Notes under the pieces: model-generated
The model's database searches: none
Told to the model about the DNA's origin: nothing
The model's input: the letters and a program-made list of their open reading frames with translations, nothing else
Shown: piece after piece, positions 27,927 to 38,769 of the stretch
How the letters are laid out: each line of letters begins with the position of its first letter
How positions within the stretch are numbered: position 1 is the first letter of the stretch
NCBI GenBank assembly: GCA_022605425.2
Contig: CM061255.1
Location: 496,001 to 560,000, forward strand
DNA: 64,000 nucleotides
Direction of reading: 5' to 3'
Origin: Hamiltosporidium tvaerminnensis FI-OER-3-3
Taxonomy: Eukaryota > Fungi > Microsporidia
Made by a program: the position numbers and the translations under genes

Positions 27927-28659
27927 GGTGGAGGGAGGATAACCACATAAAAAACTTTCTGCTTGGCGATGAGTGTGTGAAACTGGTGTGAGATCATTGT
28001 TTGGATTTTTGGTGGGAATAAAACCACACTACATCTTCGGTTGTTCCATGGGAGTTGTTATGAGGAGGAGAGGTCTAAGAAATGGAGAAACTTTTTCTAC
28101 GAATTTATTTGTAGTTATTTATGTAACCAGATTGCAGACCGCAGCTGAACATGTAGGTAATTGCCATGTAAAAACAGGGAAACCTAGCCTTGCTCACTCG
28201 GGTTAGAAGACTTAGCGCCTGGGAGATATAAAACAAAAAACTATTTAAAGCCGAAAGAGCTAAGTAGCAGGTTATACCTGTTGGTATGACATTGCACTGT
28301 CTAGGTGGACCCCATGTAATTCTCTGAAATATATCTTAGCTAGAAGTTTATTGGGTTCATAAAGTGTAGAGTAAGTGGGAATGCTGCATAGTCTTGGGGG
28401 AGCCCAGGGGGGGGCTTCGGCCTTCGATCACACTCCATGCAACGGACACTAACGAAATCCGGGCAACTGCCTCGCCTAGTAATTAGGTTCTACACACCTG
28501 GTAGATGAAAGGCTTTGGGACGTAGGTATCGCAGGGGTTACTGATGGAGTATTGGGCTATCAGTCATTTATGTTAAACCTAGAACAGCGTTAATGTCATG
28601 AAAACAAATATAACACTTGCCCCTGTTTTAAAAAAGATGTGATACTTTTAAATAAAGTT
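27927..28659 (+). mobile_element. ~730-nt non-coding SINE-like repeat, copy C
   Basis: Full-length copy. 12-bp TSD TTTTTATTCAAT at 27915-27926 and 28660-28671. Confidence 0.92.
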
Positions 28660-30097
28660 TTTTTATTCAATATTATTTAAAACTTCGATATACCTAATAA
28701 CACGAATTCCAATCTGAAATCTTAAATTCTTTTATTTTAGCAACAACTGAGCATATCGAATGAAATCTCGATTTGTGAAAATTAACTTATAATACTTAGA
28801 ATTCTCTAACGATCATTCAATTTTTTTTAAAAGGCATATAATTTTCATAAAAACTTTAGCATATATAGTAGGTTACCGTAAGAATTTTTTTGTAGTGTGT
28901 TATTATATTTAATAGAATATATGGTCGGTATTGCTTAAATTTATGAGCCAATCTTTCTAAACATCAAAAAAACTCACAAAGGCAAAAATAAAAGTACCTT
29001 TTAACATTATAAACCATATCTATCAAATTTTTAATTTCTCTTATTTTTTCAAACCATAAATCCTTATGTTTTACTTCCCAGGCATTCGTTATAACATTTT
29101 CCTGCCATGCAAAAAACCCTGACTGTATCCTCGAATCAGTTATGAATTTAAGTTTTGAATAATGTTATTCATAATTATACTAACAACAACAAATTAGCAA
29201 TTTTAATAAAATTAAATATAGTATTAATTAGATGGATTCTAACAAATTAAATTGTTCAAATTCGAACATTCGAATTTCTAATAAGAGATTATAAAAGAAA
29301 TTAATTGTAAATTATTTTATTTCACATAGTAGTCTTTATTGAAATGATTTATGTGGTTTTTATTTTCAGGATATATTAATTTTACCCGTGAATACTTATT
29401 TAATTGTATATAAATGTAATCTCATGCGAATAAAAGGTTGCTATCATAAAAGCAAACATAATATTTTGATCTTGATTTGCTGCTATCAATTAATTTTAAG
29501 TCAAAGTTAGATCCTTCAATCTTTATTATAAATTTAATGTAGTGTAAATGTGGCGAAGGAATCGAGTATTTTGAAATAAAGTTGCAAAATATTATAAAAA
29601 AGCATCTTGCGAATAAATAAATATTTAAAATTTTGATAATTAAGAAACAAAAGATGAAAAAAGTACATATTGTATATAAGAAGAGATTTAAAGGCGGTTT
29701 TGCATCCTAATGAGTTCCGAATAATATAATAATATCGAATTTGTCAAGGATCTACAAAAAAGCGAAAAGTGGTTTGCCTTCAAAAATTTTTGCGCAGAAA
29801 GATGGTTATTAAATTGAGTTTTAGACCTTAATAGATGATACCTGTAAAAGAAAATTCCACATCTGAAAATTCGAGATGCAAGTGTTTTTTTTTATTACAA
29901 GCGAGACTTAGTATTACTTTCGGATATTTATTGTGAGTATATCGAAATTTCTATTTTGGCGAAATCAAGATCATACAATTAAAAAAAAAGAAAAAACTTC
30001 TATTTATAAGTTATTAAATGGGTATTAAAGTGATGCAACATAAAAAAATCAAATTTAATTCAAGATTAAAAAGTATCTGTGGCATTTTTAAAGACCA

Positions 30098-32023
30098 CTA
30101 ATGAATGTCAATCTGATTGACGCTCGGCAAATGATCGAAAAGAATGCCAGAAGGATTCGGATGCAATTGAAAATTAGAAGGCGGTAGTTCTCGGAAATTT
30201 GGTGGAATATAATTCTCTAGCCTAAAATAAATAGGCGGTGGTTCGGTGAAACATAGCGGAACATTATTAGATGATTGGGAAAACAAAGGGGGTGGATTAA
30301 TTAACACCAGTGGAATATTATGATCTAGCCCAGAACAAATGGGTGGCGGTTGAGTAAAATCCAATGGAAAATTTTTATCTAGCCTAGAATAAATAGGTGG
30401 TGGTTTCGTAAAATTTAGCGGAATATTCTCACATAATTGAGAACCGATGGGGGGTTCAGTAAAATTCAGAGGTATATTATTATCTGGCCTGGAATAAATA
30501 GGTGGTGGTTCAGTGAAATCTGGTGCAATATTATGACATGATTGAGAAATCAAAGGTGGTGGTTCAGTAAAATATTTTGGATTATTTTGACTAAAATGAG
30601 GAACAATGGGTGGCGGTTCTGTGAAATTTAGTGACATATCATTTTCTAGTCTAGAACAAAGAGGTGGTGGTTCAGTGAAATTAGATGGAATGTTTTGATC
30701 TAATCTAGAATAGATAGGTGGTGGTTGAGTGAAATTTCGTGTATTATTATGAAATGATTTAGGAAACATACGTGGTTGCGCATGGGAATTCAGTAAAATA
30801 CCATGACTTGATTGAGAACAGAAAGTATTTGGTGAGGAATAATTCGCCCGAATATTATGATCCATTTTGACAAACATAGGTGGGGGTTCAGTAAAACTTA
30901 ATGGGATATCATGATCTGGTTTAGGAAACATAGGTGGGGGTGGTTGTGTGAAACTTGATGGATTATCCTGAATAAATTGAAGAAACATAGGTGGCGGGGG
31001 TCCTGTAAAACTTGGTGGGATATCCTGATCTGGTTTAGAAAACATAGGTGGCGGTGGTCCTGCGAAATTCGGTGGAATATTAGTATAAGATTGCGTAAAT
31101 ATAAAATAAGGCTGATTAAAATACCGCGATGAAGAACTCGGGTTTAAGATAGGATATTGTAGGATTTGTAGATCGTTATGACTCAATGAAAAATAATTAC
31201 ACGATTTAAGATTCGCATGGGGAGATATTTTGCTATGACGGAGTTCTAAACCATGATGTGGTAGTGATTTGATAAGAGGCAATGAGTAATAAATTGGTGT
31301 TTTTTTAGTATGGTTTGAGGAACTTTGAGAATATGATGCATTTGCATATAATGGTATACCTTTTTTGAGCTTTGGGCATATATCACATGGTATGGTAGAC
31401 TCGGATGCATTAGAATCAGAACTACGATTTTCTTGAGCACCATTTTTTCGAATTAACGGAATACGAGAAAACCTGTTTCCTATAGGAACCGAAAAATTTT
31501 GTTCAGCCTTATCACATTTTATATTTTGGCAAGATATTGGTTCGGGTAATGAGCTACTTAATGTAGCATTTTTTGTTTGCAAGGATTGCCCCAAAGTACT
31601 TTTATTAGGTAAGGAAAACTTTGAAACGAAGCTTTTCGGTTTAGTAACGAAAAATTTTCTACTATTATTTTTTACAGGGCGATAAGATTCTCCATCGTTA
31701 ATTCTAAGCGCATTCGTTGTGTTTTCCACGCGGTTGAAACCATTTTGGGACCGTAAACGCGTACGAAAACTGGAAAAAGATTCATTAAAAGGCATAACAT
31801 TTCTATATAGAGATCCATAAACTCTCTCAGAATCCGAATATCGATTTCTACGTTGCTTATATGGTTTTTTTCTTACACATGCTTGGGTGCTATTAACAGA
31901 TTCAGTAATCATAGGTGATGTAACAACCAACTCTCTGCCATCATGTTGTTCAAAAGCACTTGCTGCAAACGCTCTATCCAATATAAAAAGTAGTATGTAT
32001 AAATGCCAAGCTGGTTTTTGCAT
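30098..32023 (-). CDS. Putative secreted protein with C-terminal ~19-aa proline-rich repeats
   Basis: 641-aa ORF with a signal-peptide-like N-terminus (MQKPAWHLYILLFILDRAFA) and a CCC motif upstream (GGG at 32029-32031 on +). About 16 repeats of NIP.NFT.PPP. Confidence 0.85.
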   Translation of the reverse strand: MQKPAWHLYILLFILDRAFAASAFEQHDGRELVVTSPMITESVNSTQACVRKKPYKQRRNRYSDSERVYGSLYRNVMPFNESFSSFRTRLRSQNGFNRVENTTNALRINDGESYRPVKNNSRKFFVTKPKSFVSKFSLPNKSTLGQSLQTKNATLSSSLPEPISCQNIKCDKAEQNFSVPIGNRFSRIPLIRKNGAQENRSSDSNASESTIPCDICPKLKKGIPLYANASYSQSSSNHTKKTPIYYSLPLIKSLPHHGLELRHSKISPHANLKSCNYFSLSHNDLQILQYPILNPSSSSRYFNQPYFIFTQSYTNIPPNFAGPPPPMFSKPDQDIPPSFTGPPPPMFLQFIQDNPSSFTQPPPPMFPKPDHDIPLSFTEPPPMFVKMDHNIRANYSSPNTFCSQSSHGILLNSHAQPRMFPKSFHNNTRNFTQPPPIYSRLDQNIPSNFTEPPPLCSRLENDMSLNFTEPPPIVPHFSQNNPKYFTEPPPLISQSCHNIAPDFTEPPPIYSRPDNNIPLNFTEPPIGSQLCENIPLNFTKPPPIYSRLDKNFPLDFTQPPPICSGLDHNIPLVLINPPPLFSQSSNNVPLCFTEPPPIYFRLENYIPPNFRELPPSNFQLHPNPSGILFDHLPSVNQIDIH

Positions 32024-33098
32024 TTCTTGGGTAAAATAATTTAAAACTTATAAAATAGTTTTAAATTTAAAATTCTAAATTCTAAAATATCAATTTTAAA
32101 AACCAATTCTAAAATATCAAATACAATCTTAAATTTTAACGTGTTTTGAACATTAAAAACAGCCATATATTCACATTTTGCAATAAATTTTTACAGATGT
32201 AATTACTATTTTAGGAAAAAACAATCTATTGAAAATACAATATCAAATTTATTTAACAACCAAAGAACCATTTTATTTTCATATTATATTGTTTTTATCA
32301 CAAATATTTCAATATTTTTTTTTATTTCTATAATTAGAACAATATTAAGACTCGAAAGTTGGAATATTCTATATATTCTTATTTATAAATTTAATGACGT
32401 TTTAATATTATTTTCAATTCTTCTAACTTTTTTTTAAAGAAATATATAACGACCATATTTCTGAAAATAGCAAAAAGAATATTTTTGTAAATAGTGAGTT
32501 TTATCCAAGCTAGAATTATAAAGGATACATAAATTTAATAAATATGCTTGCTCGTATAGTGTATTGATTTACACCGCTGATATATTCCTTTTATTTGTTA
32601 TGGTTTGCTAAAATTTTATAGTTGATGAAACAACTAGTTTATAATACAGTTTAGTGCAATTCAAATTAAAATCAAAGTTTATTATCACTTGAAAAAATTA
32701 ATTACGAATTTTAATAGGTTTTAAAAAACAATGGATTATTTAAGGCAATATTTTATCCTACACTTATTGAGTTAAAACTTTTTTTTATTCAAGTCATATC
32801 TAGGTTCTCCATACTTTCAAAATTTCTGAAAAATCTAGGTTACTTCTTGTAAATCTATATGAAATTTCATATTTCAAAGAATTTATTTACAATATATAAA
32901 GAAATACATCAGATATTTTCATCACACGGACAAAACCATAATTTAAGCTTTCATTCTTATTAAATTTTATTGATAAAATTTTTTTGTCAAATATGTTCTG
33001 TCATTCGTATACAAAGAAATATCTTCGGTTTTAAAAAAAAAAATTGAAATGATTTCGTATGTCATTATCAAAGTGCATTTTGATTCTATAAATTAGTA

Positions 33099-33316
33099 TT
33101 CATTCATTCATCCTTGGCACTACAGCCCTGTACAAGCCTTGGCATCTTTCCATAATACCGCCCACTGGTCTTTTTCGTGTCTCGTAACAAGTTGGTTTTA
33201 AAGGCTGGGTTGTTTACCATACACCCAACCCAAACACGAAGGACCAGTCCCTTTTAGTTCCCTCTTACGACAAGCAGAGAATACTTCAAACGAATTCTGA
33301 TCTCGGAATGGTGGGC
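33099..33316 (-). mobile_element. RTE-like bipartite SINE / internally deleted RTE derivative
   Basis: Minus strand carries TGCTTGTCGTAAGAGG..ACTAAAAGGG and TGGTCC..GGGTTGGG..AACAACCC (RTE 5'-UTR-like, from recall). It ends CCAAGGC..GGGCTGTAGTGCCAAGG(ATGA)n, an RTE-like tail with microsatellite. GC-rich island in AT-rich DNA. Confidence 0.65.
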
Positions 33317-35140
33317 TACTAATATTACTATATGTTCTGAAATCTAATCATTTCTTTATTCACTTGCTTTCAATTTTTCAGTTATTTTTTGTACAGTAAC
33401 AAATTTGTATTCAATGCTATAAGTGTTGTATATTTTCAAAACATTTTCTTTCATTATTTAAGTTTGTTTAATATTTGAACAAATATTTATTTGAAATGTT
33501 AGTAAAAATAATTCGAATTTTTTTCCAAGATAATTTATATTTCACGATTAGTTGCACTTATTTGAAGAATAGAAAATGTTTTATTAATGTTTTGGGTAAG
33601 AAATCTTCCACATATAACTCACTATAAATGATAAAATCATTTTAGTGCCTATACCTGCAATTATAATTGTATTTTAGAAACTTAAAACACATTTTTAAGT
33701 TTAAATAAATTACTCTTGTTTCATGATGTGAAATCAATCCTTATTGAGAGTTTAGTCGCAAAAACACAATAAAAATATAACATCGAAGTTCGTGGAAGCT
33801 TCCCTATCACTCTTAAAAAATACAATTCAACTTCGAAATATAGAACTAGATTACGTTATTTGTTTAAATTGATTTTTTTATATGAAAGTTATATTGTATA
33901 ATGTTGATAAATTAATATTAAAGATGCCCAATCAAATTTCCCATTAAGAATACAAAAAACTGCCAAATGCGCATATAATTAGAAGTTTGTTTATAAGAAT
34001 CATTAATTGATAAACTAATCGAAAGTATTAAAATATATGGTTAAACGCAACCACTATAATTAGACTATATGAAATACTTGGGTTATGAAAAAAGATAAAT
34101 TAAAAAAATCTATTTTGATTAAATTTTATTCGTCTTAATTTTTTAAAATAAAAAATTTGCCACTATTTAATTGAATTTCTCGTTTTTTTTAGATATTTCA
34201 ACTGTTTAATTGTAAATAGTTAGGAAAAGAACCTTTTTGCTTTCTAGTTAATGATTTGAATATAGTCAAGTTATATAATGTGTACAATCATTAATTTAAA
34301 GAAAAATCCAACACAAACCACATATTTAGCAGTTACCAGACTTAATGATATTTAGTCTCAATATTAGAATAAATTAGTATAATAGTTAGTCTGGAGCAAA
34401 AAAAATTAATAATTTTGGTAATTCATTTGTGAGAAGTTTTTTTCAATCATTTCATCTGAACAAGTTTTTTTCTTAAAAAATTAAATAATTGAACTTGAAA
34501 AGTCATTACTTGAATTTAAAAACCTATTTACAAATCCATAGAAGCAAATAAAAACTTCACAAATACGTTTGAACTATAATTCATAAACTCGAATTTATAT
34601 TCAAATTACTCTTAGAAGTATTTTAGTGTGGTAATTGCTTAATTTTCTTAATGAGTAATTTAAAATAAAAAATGAAATCTAAACGATATTTTGTTACAAA
34701 TAATTTTTCGTGAAAAGTAAAGTACAAATTTAAAAATATTATGTTATTAATTAAAAGAAATGCAAAAAATCGAATTTAATACACTTACGAAACATCATAT
34801 GATATCTATTCCATCACAAGTTTTTATTTTTACAATAAGTAAAATCAAAGTTCAAAATTATTTAAATAGTATATTCTTCCTGTTTCGTAGAGATATAATC
34901 ATTAAAAAAATTTTGAATTTTTTTGTAAAAATAATATAAGTTAAAACGAAATCTTTAACAACCAACGAAAACAAATTCCAGTCTAATAAAAACAATTGAA
35001 TAATTAAAAATAATAAATTATTGAGTAAATTTTTCTAGAAGAAAAAAAACATTGTATTAAAAACCAAGAAATATTTGTAAATAAAGTTCTCCTACACAAA
35101 AATCTAAATACTCATAAAAATCTATAATTCTCATTAATAT

Positions 35141-36360
35141 TTATTTAATAAAATTCTGGGTTAACAAATTTTCTCTCGTTTAACTAATTTCTTCCATCAC
35201 TTTAACCACTTTATTCTCTTTTTCTACATCCGACTTATCATTAATGTCTATCGTCGGTTCCTCTGGTCTGGTTACGTCATCTAAAATAAGGAGTAAAATA
35301 TTTTTGGAATTTACTTGTTTAACACTATCTTCCTCGTTCTTCACTTCTTTTAAGGAGGGTGTTGGCTGTTTATGCATCTCAGCTCCTATAATAACACTTA
35401 ATGACGCTCTCTCCCAGCTCTCTTCGGCACTTGGTCCTGACTCAATTCCTCTTCGTCGATCGAAGGAAATCATTTCGACTATTTTCTTAAGTACTATGGA
35501 CTGAATGTATGCCTCTACATTTATGGGTATTTGTAATCTTTTAAAATAAGTCTTATGGTATTTTATCACAATACCGTCCCATGTTATCACATAAGGAATT
35601 ATCTCTATACTACATTTGTAAATAAGACCCAGCTCATTTGCTAATAGGTCATACTTCCTAAGTTTCTCTGTTTCAACTATTTGAAGTGAGTCTTGGGAGG
35701 TGATTCCTACTTCAATGAGGGTAATCTTATTTCGTCTCTTGTCTAAAACGAATATATCTGGCCTATTATTTCGAATTTGGACATCAGTTTTTATTCTGGT
35801 GTCTACTCTTATCTCTGCATACTCATTATCAAGAATTTCTTGAACTGAGTGGTTTCTAATTCGTTTCGAAGACTTGAATTTATATTTATTTAACAAGAGC
35901 AAATGTATACATCGTACCACTTCATTGTGTCGTCTAGTATAGTCATGCCCAAGCATTTTTTCACATCTCGTTGCTAAATGGTCTACTGTTTTTCTAGACG
36001 TGTTGCAGTGTTGACACACACCTTCTGCTCCCCAAAATACGTTTCTATCCTGGATATAGCAGAACACTGCTTCATCACGCGGTCTTACACTTCCTTTCTT
36101 TAACCATCTTGAGGTGTCATTTACACTTACTAGCTCGTTGTTTCTAGCATTATATAACTTTGAATGTAGTTTTCGTTTTTCTATTTCGTTATATAAGTTA
36201 GCTAGTTGAGCTTCATCTAATTTATTTTTAGTGACCTCCTCTGCCATCCCGTATTTTACTTGTAAAAAGTCTTTTATTAGTGCAAGATGGGTTTTATTAT
36301 CATTCTCCACCTTAAGGATTGCTGCTCTTCTGGTCGATGTTTCTTTAGATTTTTCCAGAC
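35141..36360 (-). mobile_element. 5'-truncated R4-type non-LTR retrotransposon, second subfamily
   Basis: 376-aa ORF with CQHC..H..C knuckle and RLE. 11-bp TSD CTCATTAATAT at 35130-35140 and 36361-36371. Family tail present. Confidence 0.93.
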
Positions 36361-37805
36361 CTCATTAATATATATTTATTCATATAAACATAAATTGATT
36401 TTATAAAATGAATGTAATTATACAGAAACTAACAAATCATATTAAGAGTAATGACCAAATCTTCAAAAAATATAGATACTAGATTTCTATAGATTTAAAA
36501 TGAATTTATAGAGTTTTAAAAACCAATGAAATAATAGTGTCATAAATCTATTTTTAATTTTTGAATGAGTTATTACTTAAAAAAACCTATATAACTAATT
36601 ATGAAGCAAATATTTTTATTTAAAAATCACATTTTATATTAAACTTGTAAAAAATTAATAACTATTTGTAGTATAATAATAACAGTGCTTCTACTTTTAA
36701 GAACATAAAACTACTTTAAAACAATAATTATCAAGTATATTTAATTCTATAAAAATTCATCTAAGAAATTTTGTTTAGTTTAATATTTTCAAAGGTTGAT
36801 ATTTTCTGCTATTTGTATGTTATATTCTTAAAGGTAAAATTTATTGTTCGCCTTTATTTTTGACTTAATCCTATGACTTTTTATACTTACATATTAATAG
36901 AAATTTAATTTGACTAAAAATCAGTATTTGTTTTATGGCTTATTAAATCTAAAAAAAATTTAAAATTTAACTCATGAATTTATACATTATAATTAAAGTT
37001 ATCTCGGTTAAATATAATTTGATATTCAAATTCTGAAAATAAAAAGTCTGAACTTTAACAAAAATAAAGAAACCGAAAATATTTTTAGCCTCTCTATATA
37101 TTGATTTAGACATGGATATTTTGTAAATTAAAGTTTATATTATGATCTTGATTTATCACATTAATGAATGACTGTAAATTACTATTTTATCAATTTTTTA
37201 ACGAACAGTAAATATAGTCACTAACGTTTTTTTTATAATCGATTCAAAATTATACAATTTGCATCATTATTTCATATTTTTTGGGTAACTATTTGAATCT
37301 CGGAAATCTTGGCTATTTTTTTAATTTTATATGCCGATTTGGTTACTTGATACGCTTTTATGTTCCGAAATAGAAAAAAATATTATCTAGTAATTAAAAG
37401 AATTATCTTCGTACAAATTTTATGAGCTTTGCAATGCCACGTGCAAATAAACCATGAATATTGAATCATTAAGAAATTTATAGCGTAAAATCTAACTAGT
37501 TATTAACCAGAATCCTAATTTCTAATGTTTTTAGAAATTTATGTCAAATGAAGTTGACGAACTTTTAAATTCGAATTTAACAGATAAACTGAACTTTTTA
37601 TCATTATAACTGATCATAGAAATGTGAAAATATAAAAAATAACTTGGCTTATATCCAAGTTTTGTGAATAAAATCATCGTTTCTTCAAGAAAGAATCTTT
37701 AGTTTAAAAATGAATTGTTGCCTACAAAAATATAATGAATCCATAGTTAAACACATTTCATTAAATATATCGATTACCTAAAATTTTTACCCCCTTTCCC
37801 TTATT

Positions 37806-37940
37806 ATGGATTCAGAAACAAATTTAAAAAACTGTTTAGACAATTACAATGAAATTTTAATAGATTTTAAAAACACTATAAAAGAATCCATAAATTTACT
37901 TGAAACCTTTAAAAACAAAGTGGTTGGAAATAAACAATAA
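37806..37940 (+). CDS. Candidate 44-aa small protein
   Basis: MDSETNLKNCLDNYNEILIDFKNTIKESINLLETFKNKVVGNKQ, preceded by an AT tract and CCCCCTTTCCC (37790-37800). Amphipathic helical pattern. Confidence 0.5.
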   Translation: MDSETNLKNCLDNYNEILIDFKNTIKESINLLETFKNKVVGNKQ

Positions 37941-38088
37941 TTTTTTTTTTTAGTTTTAAATTATTGCTTTTCATAGTTTTTTTTAATACAAAAAATTTCA
38001 TTTCAGTTTTTTAGAAAAATAAATTTGTATTTTTAAATTTTTTTTGTATTTTTAAATTTTTAAATTTTTTTTATATTTTTTAGTTGAA

Positions 38089-38091
38089 CCC
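38089..38091 (+). promoter_or_regulatory. Microsporidian CCC-like start-proximal motif (RPS3 example)
   Basis: T-rich tract, then CCC, then ATAAAATG. The same motif lies within ~15 nt of the starts of RIO2 (18053-55), the 22472 gene (22464-66), the Pro-rich gene (32029-31), GPI8 (44648-50) and U2 (53790-93). Confidence 0.6.
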
Positions 38092-38096
38092 ATAAA

Positions 38097-38756
38097 ATGG
38101 AAAATCAATCCACCATTGCACGTTTCATCCAGTCTGGTATTAAATACGCAGAAATAAATGAATTTCTATCCAAAGAATTAAGAGAAGAAGGATTCTCAAG
38201 TATGTCAATGAATTCATATAATCTTCCTATTCAAATCACTATAAGAGCATTAAAGACACACGAAATAGCAGGCGATAAAAAAACACGTATAAAAGCTTTA
38301 CAATCTGTTATTGCACAGCGTTTAAATGTTCAAGAGACTGATGTAGTGATTGCATTAGAATCTGTGCAAAATAAAGGTTTATGTCCTTTCATTCAAGCTG
38401 ATTCGATTAGACAGAAAATACAGGCCAATATTCCATTTAAAAGAGCTGTAAATGGAGCCATACGAACCATAAAAGAGGCAGGAGCACAAGGTGTAATGGT
38501 GGTAGTAAGTGGTAAATTAAAGGGACAAAGAGCAAAAAGCGTAAAATTTTCTGATGGTGTTCTTCTTCACTCTGGTCAGCCTTGTGAGGATTACGTTAGA
38601 AAAGGATTTACCTCAATACTTCTTAAGACAGGTGTTATCGGTATTAAAGTATATATTATGTTGCCTTATGATAAAGACAATATTAACGGTCCTAATAAGG
38701 AGATGGTGGATAAAATAAGAGTTTTTGACAATAAAGATGAAATGATAATTATTTAA
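38097..38756 (+). CDS. RPS3: 40S ribosomal protein S3 (uS3)
   Basis: AEINEFLSKELREEGFS, NKGLC, GAQGVMVVVSGKLKGQRAKSVKFSDG, GVIGIKVYIMLPYD. Confidence 0.97.
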   Translation: MENQSTIARFIQSGIKYAEINEFLSKELREEGFSSMSMNSYNLPIQITIRALKTHEIAGDKKTRIKALQSVIAQRLNVQETDVVIALESVQNKGLCPFIQADSIRQKIQANIPFKRAVNGAIRTIKEAGAQGVMVVVSGKLKGQRAKSVKFSDGVLLHSGQPCEDYVRKGFTSILLKTGVIGIKVYIMLPYDKDNINGPNKEMVDKIRVFDNKDEMIII

Positions 38757-38769
38757 TTAAAATTCAATT

